64,000 nt of DNA from Calcarisporiella thermophila CBS 279.70. Taxonomy: Eukaryota > Fungi > Calcarisporiellomycota. Of the stretch, positions 37,222 to 50,420 are shown piece by piece. Numbering within the stretch: the stretch's first letter is position 1; the number at the start of each line of letters is the position of its first letter. Under the pieces are notes generated by a model. That model saw only the letters and a program-made list of their open reading frames with translations, was not told where the DNA came from and did not search any database. The DNA is taken from the NCBI RefSeq assembly GCF_041956535.1, contig NW_027192209.1:74092-138091 (forward strand), in the 5' to 3' direction. The position numbers and the translations under genes were made by a program.

Positions 37222-38822
37222 ATGAGCAACGACGCTGGACGGTAAATTCAAGCTTTTGTTTTTAATCAATTAGAGATGCTTAAAATTCTCTGAAAACGAA
37301 AATCATTATGAGATTATTGGCTCATTTTTTTCATTCTTTTTCTTATCAACAATATAGTGAAGAATTCAAAGATGTCCCCGAGACCGAGATTGAGGTGCGC
37401 ATTCTTTTAGAATTATGAACCTACCAGTGACTTTGGGCTATATATACCATACTTATACAAACATTTTTTATTAGTCTAACTGGGACCAAATTGTCGACAA
37501 TTTCGATGACATGGAACTGAAGCCTGAGCTTCTCCGTGGTATTTATGCATATGGTTTCGAGCGTCCCTCTGCTATTCAGCAGCGTGCAATCATGCCCGTG
37601 ATCAAGGGTCATGATGTAATTGCCCAAGCTCAATCCGGAACTGGAAAGACTGCCACCTTCTCCATTTCCATCCTGCAAAAACTTGATATGAGCATCAGCC
37701 AATGCCAAGCCCTTATCCTTGCTCCCACTCGTGAACTTGCTCAACAGATCCAGAAAGTGGTTATTGCGCTTGGTGATTTCATGAATGTTGATTGCCATGC
37801 TTGCATTGGTGGTACCAATGTGCGTGAGGATATGAAGCGTCTTGAGGCCGGTGTTCATGTTGTTGTTGGAACTCCAGGTCGTGTATTCGATATGATCAAT
37901 CGTCGTGCTCTTAAGACCGATCACATTAAGATGTTCGTGTTGGATGAGGCCGATGAAATGCTTTCCCGCGGGTTCAAGGAGCAAATTTATGATGTGTTCC
38001 AACTCCTTCCTCCCAACACTCAGGTGGTGCTGCTGTCGGCTACGATGCCACAGGATGTGCTTGAAGTTACTACCAAATTTATGCGTGACCCCATTCGTAT
38101 CCTTGTCAAGCGTGATGAAATCACACTCGAGGGTGTAAGTAGAACGGCACTGCTAATGTCCCGGTATAAGAAAACAGTTTATTAATATTTTCATTTCTTT
38201 ATTAGATTAAACAATTCTACATCGCAGTTGAGAAAGAAGAGTGGAAGCTTGATACTCTCTGCGACTTGTATGAGACTGTCACTATCACTCAGGCCATTAT
38301 TTTCTGCAACACCCGTCGCAAGGTCGATTGGCTTACCGACAAGCTGAAGGAGCGCGAATTCACCGTTTCTGCTATGCACGGAGACATGGAGCAGTCTCAA
38401 CGTGAAGTCATTATGAAGGAATTCCGCTCGGGCTCTTCCCGTGTTCTCATCACCACCGACTTGATGGCTCGTGGTATTGATGTGCAACAAGTGTCACTTG
38501 TTATTAACTACGACCTCCCAACCAACAAAGAAAACTACATCCACCGTATTGGTCGTGGTGGTCGTTTCGGTCGTAAGGGTGTAGGTATTAACTTTGTGAC
38601 TACTGAGGACACTGGTATGATGCGAGAAATTGAAAAGGTAGGAAGGAATAATGATTTTATGAATTACTTCAACACTCATTCAACTTATTCATTTATAGTT
38701 CTACAACACTCAAATCGAAGAAATGCCAATGAACGGTGAGTATTTATTATGCTACTATGCACTCATATACAGTCAACGATTTACTTTTTATTTTTTTAAT
38801 CATAGTTGCCGATCTCATCTAA
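37222..38822 (+). CDS. TIF1: Translation initiation factor eIF4A (DEAD-box helicase)
   Basis: [57 protein letters not shown]. Ends EEMPMN|VADLI*. Confidence 0.97.
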
Positions 38823-38983
38823 TTTTTATAAAAAATATAATGTTAATTAAACAGTATATATATATATTATTTTTCTACACAATACTTTTCACTCGATACT
38901 ATAGCTATTTCATTAGCATCTTAAAAAAATATCAAATGATAGAATAATCATACCGAAAAAAAAACAAACACCATCAGAACACT

Positions 38984-39352
38984 TTATAACTTAGCTTTTT
39001 CCTCAATCTTGATGTGCTTAGTTCCCGAAGCCTCGCCTTTGGGAACAATGACGGTAAGGACACCATCCTTTAATTCTGCCGTTATTTTTTCGCTTTTCAC
39101 ATTTGAAGGCAAACGAATACTCCGTGAAACTGAACCATACCAGCGCTCGGAGATACGTCGATCTTTTTCGTCATGTTTTTCTTTGCGCTCAGCTCGAATT
39201 GTTAGCGTATTTTCAGCCGTTGACAGATGAATGTCATTGCCGGATACACCCGGAATTTCGGTAGTAATAACAAACTCATTCGTGGTTTCGAGAATATCGA
39301 TTGGTAGTGGACTCAAACGGAAATCCTCGAAAATTGAACGAAAGAGAGCCAT
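38984..39352 (-). CDS. Small heat-shock protein (Hsp20/alpha-crystallin domain), intronless
   Basis: PIDILET, EIPG, LTIRAER, ERWYGSVSRSIRLP, AELKDGVLTVIVPK, IKI C-terminal motif. Ends AKL. Confidence 0.92.
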   Translation of the reverse strand: MALFRSIFEDFRLSPLPIDILETTNEFVITTEIPGVSGNDIHLSTAENTLTIRAERKEKHDEKDRRISERWYGSVSRSIRLPSNVKSEKITAELKDGVLTVIVPKGEASGTKHIKIEEKAKL

Positions 39353-39536
39353 TGTATTCGATGCCTTACCTTTTTATTATCTTGAGTGGAGAAGCGAAAA
39401 TGTAGAGAGCTGCGAAATTTATAAACTCAGACCCATTAATTCGATGGAATCTCTCAGAAAATTTGATTAGACTCAATGATGTCTATAGCAAGTGTATTAC
39501 GCAGTAAAAGAAAAGGTTAAATAGGGCGAGTAATAT

Positions 39537-41245
39537 CTATTCTCTTGATATCTTCCGCCCACCCACTCCAGTAACAATAGGTGGTGGTGGCCGGATCGTA
39601 GGAATAACTAAAGAATTATTCCTATCAGGTTCATCCTCCTCCTCTTGCGTCTTTGAGCCCGGATTATCCGCATTCAAACTGCGTTTAGAATCATCATGTA
39701 TTGATCCGGTTTCGTTTTCTCCTTCGTGGTCTACCTCTTTTTCAAACTCACTCCTCTTCAAATAGTCGTACAGTTTAAAATCACGATCAATCAACTCCAT
39801 TTCCCATTCAACTCTCTCCGCACTTTTGTTTCCAATCGCTCTGGCTTTGCGCGTGCCTCTCCGACCATTTGAGCGTCCATCGAGCGGTCGGTCTTCCAGA
39901 AGTAGTTCTTCGAGATCGTAGGTTGCATCATAATTTGCACGTTCAGAGGGTGGGCGGAATGGTGGTGGAATAAGTTTTGATTCTAAAAGATGGAAATCGA
40001 TTGTCTGAAAGAAAGGATGCTGGGTCAAGTTATGAAATGCGATGTTTTCTTTGCCCGGAGGGGCGGCTCCAAGTCGATTCTGTGGCACGCGTTCAAGAAA
40101 TCCTTGCATAGCGGAGAGGCACTCAGGAGATATTGGTGGATTTCTCGGTGGATAAATTATATCAGACATAGTAATAGCTTTGCGGAAATCATCCATATTC
40201 TCATATTCGAATGGTCTCTGCAAAATGCATCAAATAAATACTAGCTCAGAAAAACGGTGGCTTCCAAAAATCTTTACCTTCCCGTACATGCACTCATAGA
40301 ATAAAACTCCTAATGACCACCAATCTACGTGTGAGCCGTATCCTTTGCCATGAAACACTTCTGGTGCTATCACATGGAATTTAAGTTGGAGATGGTTTCT
40401 TTGAAAATATAAAAAAAAAGAAAATTATAGTCTACCCATATATATTGTTGTTCCTGAATGAGATGTCAAAGGTCTATTGTGATGATTAATTGCGGCTGTA
40501 TTAAAATCGCTCAAATGGACATGTCCTATTAATAAAGGAGCAAAAAGAGATATTATATTCTATGTTTGGACTTGAGCCGTAAAACTGCATTATATACCTG
40601 CTTCGTCAAGGAGAACATTATCTGGTTTTATATCTCTATGTACTATTCCCTTAGAATGGAGATAGCGCACAGCGCATGCCAGTTCGGCAACCCAAAATTT
40701 CACTACTTCTTCGTCAAATTTACTTCGGCAGATATGGAAGCGTAGGTCGCCGCCCAGCCTAAAGATAGTAAGAGCCTTATTATATATAAAAATATAACAA
40801 GAACTTACATGTCAACTTACATGAGATCCATGCACATATACATATATTCATCATCTTGAAAAGCAAATCTAAGATTGCACACAAATGGATGATTGACATG
40901 CTCAAGCATAACACGTTCCCGAAGTATGTTGCGAACACAATCCATCCGTATGCATTCCGCCTTATAAATATATTTTAACGCATAGAGTTTTTTAGTATCT
41001 CGTCGCTCTACTATGCGGACCTAGGAGATGCATTGAAACAATATGAGCAACATATCATTGATAGACTCTATTAACCTAAATACTTTTCCGAATGTCCCTC
41101 TTCCAATAACTTTGAGCAGTTTAAACTGTGAAAGGTTAACTATATTTGAAAATGGCAGTCCAAAATTAGAAAATAGTTCAAGAGAGATTGAAAATAGCAT
41201 ACCATCTTCCGAAAAGTCAACATAATGTCCATTAGAGTTTCCCAT
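39537..41245 (-). CDS. YANK/STK32-family Ser/Thr kinase
   Basis: MGNSNG (myristoylation-like), [29 protein letters not shown] in place of DFG (YANK-typical), [27 protein letters not shown]. Confidence 0.88.
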
Positions 41246-41508
41246 GCGATCGAATAATTATTGAGAGAAGTATGAGTAATCGATCAATTTTACGATGGTG
41301 ATGTTAGGATTCCATAAATTACATATTCTAGACTAAAGAAGGCGCCAGTTTATTGCCTTGTTCAACCTTAGGTTAGGTTATTTATAGCTACCCTCAACAA
41401 AATTCTTTTAAGTGCGTAGTGCTTGTCTCAACAAAAATACAGGAGTAGAGAGCAAGACAAAAAAAAAACTTATTTCTCCCTTATCCCAATGCAATTTCCT
41501 ATCATAAC

Positions 41509-44500
41509 ATGAGCACCCCCGAAGAACTCGTTTCAACATCAAGATCATCTGTCCGCTTTCAACAGCAGCAATCCCAAAAGTTCCAAAAATCAAGCCTGAC
41601 CACTATTGTCAAAGCGCAGGTGTCCCTTCTTCTTTCAACACTAAGCGAAGAGAAGTACTCGCGTAACGATTCGGAAATACGATCGGTAAACATCATTTTT
41701 AATTGATTTTCTTAATCCTCTGCGTGATTATCTAAAATTAATCTACTTTTCTACTGATTTTGACAGTTGATCGAAACCCATGGACCTGTAATTCACTTAC
41801 ATCTCCTCAGACAACTTATTCTCGATCTCGCCAAACATCTCACCAAGCAAACCGACAATAAACCTGCCCTTCGCCTCCTTAAGGAGCATTCGCACGAGCG
41901 TATTGATCTGTTTGCTGAGGCGTTGGTAATTGCTTGCCGCGGAGAGCAGTTACGCGATATCGAGCTACATGAGTTGTTCGAACGGCTGGAATTGAATTCA
42001 GTTGATCGTGTGCTCGTGGGTGTATATTCGTACCAAGACATTAGGAGCGAACTTCAACCTCAGAGTAAATTACATCCCAGATTATAACTATTTGCGTATT
42101 AATTTTGACGCATATTATCTTGATTATAGTTGCCAATATCATTAAGCAAAATTACCCAACCTTACTTAGAGCAGTTGCTGACCTAGCTACTCAATTTTCC
42201 GAGCAGCAGCTTGTTAGCGTTCTAACATTTTTCCGGTCATTTGCAAATCGTGACGCGCTAGGGATCACCTCTCAAGATGTGGAAGATTTGTTGAATGCCG
42301 TACAGTCTCGCTTCAAGACACAGCCAATTCCACAGAGTTTGGTGACTTTACTTGAAAGGTATTATATGTTACTCTTTATTAGTATATATATGCATTATTT
42401 TAATTTTGTTTTCTTAGTAAAACCATCATGGATACCGAGCCTGGTGTACCTCTCTCTGAAAAAATGCTAGAGCAAGGCTACGACTGTACCCGTTCAACAG
42501 AGACAATGCGTAGTTTACTTGCACAACTGGATATACCCAACTCTGGCAATTTAAAGGAGGTTGATGTCGCGCAAGCTCTAGGGATGATGGTGCGAACCTA
42601 TGCCGATTTAGGTGATGGGCGTGTTGGGGATCAGTTTAACACATGGAATGTAGAAGCATTTGTATCTGCACTGGTAGAAGAGGTAGAATATCGCGATATA
42701 ATATTTTAATTATTATTACATATTCACATAATTATGTTATATAGTTTCCGCAACTAAATTGGCGTGGCGTCATTCGATGTCTAGATCATGATGGATTCAT
42801 CATCATGGACAGCAAAGGATTCCGTATGATCCTGGATGCGTATCGACTAGCAGCTCAGGTAATGAAACTAGATATTTTCCACATTGTCTAATTTACCATT
42901 GATTAAAATATAATTTTTTATTACCCTTTAGGATCGCTTTCCTATCCAAATATTTTGGGGACGTTGGAATAACTTCAGAGGCCAGTTCAGCTTTCTTTAT
43001 GCAGTTGCTCAGGCACCTACGGACTACATTGATCTTAGTGTGTATCCGATTCGTAAAGTGCTTAAGCCCGAAGACATAGAATCGCTTAGCCCTCCGATGC
43101 AAGCGATTGCGAGCACGTTGTCACTGAGCCAATGGAACTCTCTCGATCTAATTGATACCCTCGTACAACTTGCAGACACTTCTCTCCATGAGCAAGTGCG
43201 TAGTCTGTTTGAGTGGGTGGCCATGAAGCAATATCCAGAGCTGTTATTGATAGGGTTATTGCAAATTCAGGTATTACATTTAGACAAAAATCGATCTAAA
43301 AATTGCACTGACCACGCTTTTTTATTTAGTCAACAAATATTTTACATCAAGAGTTACTCTCGAAGCTATTGCTGGCATTTTTACATGGGCATGCTAATTC
43401 CTCGTTGGTTCTCCACCGGGTATGGCAGTTGAATCCTGATTTACTCATGACGGGTTTCCTGGATATGTACAATAAGGACCGAAAATCGCTCTCTCGCATT
43501 TTAGACATTGTTCAAGATCTAAAGGTTACCTACTAGCTATAATTTTACTATTCACTTTTATTAAGCGCTTCAATTATCTTGTAGATTCTCACTGCGGTTT
43601 TAGAGATAAAGCCTCTGCGCATGATGTTCGCATTAGATTTTGCGGCACTGGCATCACGACGCGAATACCTTAATCTAGAAAAGTGGCTTCAAACCAATGT
43701 TCAGCAACATAAAGACCTATTTGTTCGTGCTTGTCTTGATTTTATTGTTCAGAAAATCAACGCAGACATATCCCAGCAGCAACAGCAGCAGCAGCATGAC
43801 CCACATAGCTCAATCGATCTTTCAATGGATACCATCGCGACCTTCTTGCGAGTTTTATCAAATAGGTGAGCTAAGATAATATTTGAGCCTTTTTCACAAA
43901 TATCTAATTTTGCTTCAATTAAAGCACGATGTCACCTGAGAATTCCGAGCTGTTCAAAAATGTGCAAAGCGCATGCCTGCAGGTGTACCCTCGTTTGATG
44001 AACGTTAGTGCCACATCTGGCGATGCCAACGCGACTGGCGGAGAGACCACCTTTGCACCAAATGTTGAACAAGAAGCTACATCCTACATTGGGCGCCTCT
44101 ACCGGCAGGAAATCAGCGTTGAATCGGTGATAGAAATGCTTAAACGTCTGAGACTCTCCAAAGACTCGCGCGAACAAGACGTGTTTGCTGCTGTAATCCA
44201 CAATTTGTTTGACGAATATCGCTATTTTCCCGACTACCCAGATCTTGAGCTCTCAACAACAAGTGTACTGTTTGGAATGATCATTCAGCATCGTTTAATT
44301 TCATTCAAGCCTTTGGGTGTTGCACTTCGCTATGTCTTGGACGCACTTCGTTCAGCGCCCGACTCCAAAATGTTCCGGTTCGGTATTCAGGCATTGACGC
44401 AATTCAAATCACGTCTGAATGAGTGGCCACAAGTTTGCTCGCAATTATTGCAAATTCCACAATTGCGACAAGCAAATCCGGAACTTGTTCAATTTATTAC

Positions 44501-47500
44501 CTCTGCAATGGCCAATCCGCAACAAACTTCGCAAGAGCCCCAATCGGCTGCAGTGAATATGGCGATTGGTAATGATATGCAATCACTCGCACAAGACCTG
44601 GAGACTTCGGGGGCACTTCCAAGTACGTCCGATGAGCGTGATACGCCAGTGTTTACCGCGCTGAACGTAGACCCTTCTGTCCCGGGAGCAGAGCATATTC
44701 AGTATGAAACACCGAGCGAAGCCACGCAGGACAAGATTTTGTTTATTATTAACAATGTTGCGCAGAGTAATCTGGAATTAAAAGCCCGTGAGCTTAAAGA
44801 TCTACTGCAGGAGCCGGCTTACAAATGGTTCAGCAATTACCTTGTCGTGAAGCGCGCCAGTATCGAGCCCAACTACCACCAGCTTTACCTTCTGCTTCTT
44901 GATACGCTTGGTAAACCTCTACTGCACCGCCATGTGCTTCATGAGACCTATGCGAATATCAAAGTCCTGCTCAACTCTGAGAAAACGGTTCAAAGTTCAT
45001 CAGAGCGAACTTTATTGAAAAACTTGGGTGCCTGGCTAGGAGGGATGACTTTGGCACGTAACAAACCGATTATGTACAAAAACATCGCTGTCAAGGTAGA
45101 TAGTCACTTTATTATTTCTGCATTTAATCTTTATACTAATCAAATCTGTTTTCTCTAGGAATTGTTGATTCAAGGGTACGACAATCAGCGTTTGTTTGTA
45201 GTAATACCATTTGTCTGTAAAGTGCTTGAGCAGAGCTCAAAGAGTCGTATTTTCCACCTACCGAACCCTTGGATGATGGCCATCCTACAGTTACTTGTTG
45301 AGCTGTACCACTTCGCAGACTTGAAGCTTAATCTCAAATTTGAGATTGAAGTGCTGTGTAAGAGCCTAAACATTGAGCTCCAGGATATCGAGCCCACTAG
45401 TATCCTCAGAAGAAGCCGAGAACCAATCGACCAAATTCAACAGCTGACACAGGACACCAGGCGGTTGTCCCTTGGCAACGATGCGATGTATGGTGTTGCC
45501 GGAAGAGGTGCATTGGCGGGAGCCATTCCTGGTGCTCCACCTGGCAGTCACTTACCTCTTACACCCGGAGCGGCTGGAATGCATTCCGCTCTTACTGGTG
45601 GAGAAGATTCCAACGTTGACGTCCTCCCGAACTTTACGGCCTATATCACGCTTAACCCCAACCTTGGCCCTCTTGCAACCAACCCAACTATGCGTAAGAT
45701 AGTTCAGTTGGCGATTGAACGGGGTGTACGTGAAATTGTATCGCCCGTGGTTGAACGATCTGTTGCCATCGCAAGCATCTCGACACGGGAGTTAATCTTA
45801 AAGGACTTTGCTATGGATGGAAATGAGGAGAGAATGCGAAAGGCAGCTCACCTTACGGTCCAAAATTTGGCTGCGAGCCTTGCGATGGTAACATGCAAGG
45901 AGCCACTGCGTCTAAGCATTGCAACCCATCTACGCACCTTCTTTGCGCAGCAAGGTCTAAACGAACAGGCACTCCCCGACCAGGCCATCATGATGATCGT
46001 TTCCGACAATCTGGAGCTTGCATGCTCTGTAATCGAGAAGGTCGCCATGGAGAAGGCCATCCCTGAAATTGATGACCAGCTTGCACAGGCATTCTCCAAC
46101 CGGAAAAAACATCGCGAGCGCACCGGTCAGCCTTATTATGATATGAACATCTTGTCTGTATCGCGTCTTCCCACCACACTCCCAGAACCCTTACGACTCA
46201 AGCCCAATGGCCTTGGCCCACTTCAACTCCGTGTTTATGAAGATTTTGCTCGTATTCCCCGGTGGCCAAATCAACAGCAGCAACAGCCACATGTCGCACC
46301 AGGCTTTGCCGAACGCATACCTAGAACCCCCATACAAGCACGAACCGATCAGCTCCCTGCCCACTACGCGGCAAACTCAACCGAAGTTGCTGGCTACGAT
46401 AACATCATGCAACAGCCTGTTAATCCACATCAGCTACTCGAGAAATTTGCTCAGTGTATGGCAGAGCTGGACAAGCAGATCGGCCAAAATGCCAACCTTA
46501 CTTCCCTCCCTCCAAATCATGACATTCGCCTTCTAGTTCGCCAGGTGCAACTCCTTGCCTCCCAATCGCCCAATCGTGATGAGATCTCGCTCATTTTTGC
46601 CCAAAAAGTAGTGCAGCAACTGTACAAAAACGATTCACCTCTATCTCGTGAGATATATATTCTGCTACTTGAGAAACTTTGTGAGGTATCTCCCAAAGTG
46701 CTGAAAGAGGTTGTGCAGTGGCTTGTCTATTCTGATGATGAGCGAAAGTTCAATGTTCCTGTGACGGTGGCGCTCATGAAGGCTGGTTTTATCCCTACTG
46801 CGGAGCAAGATACTCAGCTTGCTAAATTCGTTGAAGAAGGCCGCTCTGCAGCTGTGGACTTTGTTGCCAAATTAGTCTTGCGGTGTCTCTTGGAGGAGCA
46901 ACCTCCGGTGGCAACGCGAGCTGAGTTTTTCAACTCCCTTGACGCATTGAACCGATTGGTACAGCGCGGGAAAGCCCCTGAGATTGCAGTCCAACTGCTT
47001 GATGAGCTAAGACGCCGTGCCCAGCCGCAAGCCAATGCTGCCTCTGGAGCGAAGGAGGACCAAACCCTTAGGAATCAATTGGCGTACTATTTTGCAGAGT
47101 GGACACGACTCTATTCAAGCCCAACGAGCAACGAGAAGACATTCGCGGCCTTTGTTGTGCAACTGCAGCAGCAGGTCATTGCTAAAGGAGATGACGTGTC
47201 TTCTCTTTTCTATCGCGTATGCATTGAGTTGTGTGTGGAGAGCTACCTCAAGGCTCCCCCCGGCACCTCTCCCGTGCTCGCTTATCAACCAATTGATGCT
47301 TTCTCCAAGTTGATTGTCTTGCTTGTGCGTTATCAGACTGACCCTGCCGGTGGCAATCACAATGTTGCCCGCGTCAATTGCTTCACACGCATCCTATCCA
47401 TCATCGTGTTGGTGATCGCGCAGTATCACGACCAGCGCCACCGCCACTTCAACCAAAAGCCGTTCTTCCGCTTGTTCTCCGACCTGCTCAGCGATTTGCA

Positions 47501-48757
47501 CCACCAAGAACAGCAGCTCGAGCCCATCTTCTTCCAGCTCCTCACTGCACTGAGCAACACCTTCCACACCCTTCAGCCCTTCATGTTCTCTGGATTTGCC
47601 TTCGCTTGGCTCGCACTCATCTCCCACCGCTTCTTTATGCCCAAGCTTCTGTTGTCCGAGAACCAAAAGGGGTGGTCGTATTTCCATCGCCTGCTGATGT
47701 GCTTGTTCGTCTTCCTCAATCCATTTTTGCGCACAGCCGACATGAAGGATGCTACCCGGCTCTTGTTCAAAGGCTTGCTGCGCGTCCTACTAGTATTGCT
47801 CCACGATTTCCCGGAATTCCTCTGCGACTATCATTTCAGCTTCTGCGAGGTCATTCCTACCCCGTGCATCCAGCTGCGTAACTTGATCCTGAGCGCATTC
47901 CCCCGCTCCATGCGCCTCCCCGACCCATTCACTCCCAATCTCAAGGTTGATCTGCTGCCTGAGATTTCGCAGCAGCCGCGTATTCTCTCGGATTATACGT
48001 CTCCGCTGCTCGCAGACAACTTCAAAAATGACATCGACGCCTACCTTAAAAACCGCACCCCCAACTTCTTGCAGGATTTGCCCCACCGTCTATTACTCTC
48101 GGAGTCTTCGCATACCCCAACCTCGACCAACACGGTGCTCGATGCTGCCCAAAGTCAGAGCAACAAGTTCAATGTCCCGGTTATCAACTCCCTTGTGCTC
48201 TATCTGGGAATCCAGGCCATCGGCCAACTGCAAAATGGCACGGAGGGTGGGGTGAACAACCTGGCTCACAGCGCACCCATGTCCATCTATCAGCATCTGC
48301 TCACCGAGCTCGACCCCGAGGGCCGGTATCTGTTGCTGAGCGCAATCGCAAATCAGCTACGCTATCCAAACAACCACACGCACTACTTTAGCTGCGTGTT
48401 GCTGTATCTCTTCTCCGAGTCGACGCAGGAGATTTTCAAGGAACAGATTACCAGGTAAGCCGGCGTGTTTCTAACCTTTGCAAAAGGATGACCGCGACTG
48501 ACATGGCTGAATAGGGTACTTCTTGAGCGACTCATCGTCAACCGCCCACATCCATGGGGTCTACTCATCACTCTAATTGAACTCATGAAAAATCCACGCT
48601 TCAACTTCTGGTCACATCAATTCACCCGCAGCCACCCCGAGATTGAGCGGCTCTTCGAAAATGTGTCAAGGTAAATAGGGCTGCTTTTGAGAATCCCCGC
48701 TTCCTTCCATGCTGACCCCTTTTGTGTCTTTACTACAGGTCTATCAACCATATGTAA
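41509..48757 (+). CDS. NOT1: CCR4-NOT scaffold Not1 (Cdc39)
   Basis: [100 protein letters not shown]. Stop TAA 48755-48757. Confidence 0.97.
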
Positions 48758-49093
48758 TTGTGAATTTTTATTCCACGTCTTTTTTTTGATTTTCTTGCAA
48801 TTTTTCAAGTCATTTCTGAGATTTGGAAGTTTAGGAACACTGGGATGATATAAGGGCTTCTCTTTTGGAACATATACTTATCGTCTGTTGATTATTATGT
48901 TTTTATTTCGTTCTTCGTTTGTTTTCCTCTTTCTTTGAACCTCTAAAAAATTGGTTACCCCTCTCCACTTATTTCTTATCTTTTTTTCGTTTTTTTTATT
49001 CTTATTTTCTTTTTTACAATGTGATTGTTTGTGGGAATTAAAGATTAAGCGGATTATTATTGAACATACATGTAAACAAAACACTGTGGGAGC

Positions 49094-49649
49094 TTATTTC
49101 TTCAATAAGTCAACGTCCTGCGAGAGAGCCTGGATGCAGAGAAAACAATGGTTAATTGGGATCCACAAACAATCCAAAAGCAAAATAGAAGAACTACCTG
49201 CTTGAATGATGTAGAAGATAATGAGAACCATCTGTCTGATTCCGTGTACCCTGTTTTCTCACTCGCACCGCTCGAGCTGTGAAAACCACGGATGAGATTG
49301 CCATATTGCTGGGACTCGTCGAGATAGGAACCTTCGAAAAGGTAGATAGAACGCTCAAGCTTTGTCTGAAGCATATAGAAGCATACACAATAATCAAAGA
49401 ACGAAACAAGAGAGTTGTGGATGAGGCTATGTGTTGTTTGCGAGTACTTCACACTCACCAGATTCTGGTCAAGCTGTTTTTTGCGGGCAAGTGTAGCATG
49501 GAGCTCTTGTTTGATCTGAAGAAGTTGTGGAGATGTCTACAATTCAAAGAGAGTGTTTAAGGAGAAAGTGCAACAAAAAAGCTTATTATCTACTTACTTA
49601 CTTTCTTCTCATTGCTCTCACTCGTTTTATCAGCGTCTGAATGATTCAT
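49094..49649 (-). CDS. EAF6: NuA4/NuA3 subunit Eaf6 (4 short exons)
   Basis: ELHATLARKKQLDQNL|TKLERSIYLFEGSYL...GNLIRGF...DRWFSLSS, with canonical GT-AG introns. Confidence 0.85.
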
Positions 49650-50084
49650 GGTGAAGAAAATGATTGTCAATAAACTTTGTATTTTGCCACCGCTATTAAA
49701 GAAATAGTAAAGTGCTTAGACAAGTTGAGGGTAAGCTGTGAAATCAAACGGGAGTTGGTAATTGAGGCTTGGTGGTAAACTTATGGTCAACGCTTATGGT
49801 TGGAAAGCGCATTATTTATAACTTCGGAAAGCTTTAATGTAAGATATTAGTCTCAGGAGCATATCCTTTTGAACATAATATGTACCTTACAAACTTTATT
49901 TGTTTCACACATATCGGTTTGTTGAATATTCAGGTGTTAGTGCTGCCTTATAAAATCTGAAACGTTGGTAAGGCTAGCCGTCTAGGAGAAGGGAGTGATT
50001 AAGTTATACAAATTATTTATTTCACCATCAAGGAAGCTAAAAAGCACAGGAAATAATAATAAAAGCGATTATATATATAAACAA

Positions 50085-50382
50085 TCATGAAGCATCATTT
50101 CTCAGTAACCACTCCACTGCTGAGTTTACATCGCCACCCGCGGCCAACAAGGCTCGGATATTCGCCTCTCGATTAATGAAGCCCATTTCATTCAATCTCT
50201 CCAGTTGAACGGCAAATCGCTCTTCAGGCGGAGGTAAGTTTGAGTTGGGGGATGAGGAGGAATTATTTTCGGTAGAATGTACTGAAGGGATGGAAGCGGT
50301 GGGATTGAAAGCCCATGGAAACAATCCAGGAACGAACGGCATTGCCAAAGGGGTAGCGTTTGGAGGAGCATTAGGATCGCGT

Positions 50383-50420
<38 letters not shown>

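Noticed and set aside
37421-38002. 193-aa antisense ORF over eIF4A, and similar antisense ORFs over TKL1, NAP1, STI1 and MON2
   Set aside because: These are shadow ORFs caused by codon bias of conserved genes, with no independent motifs.
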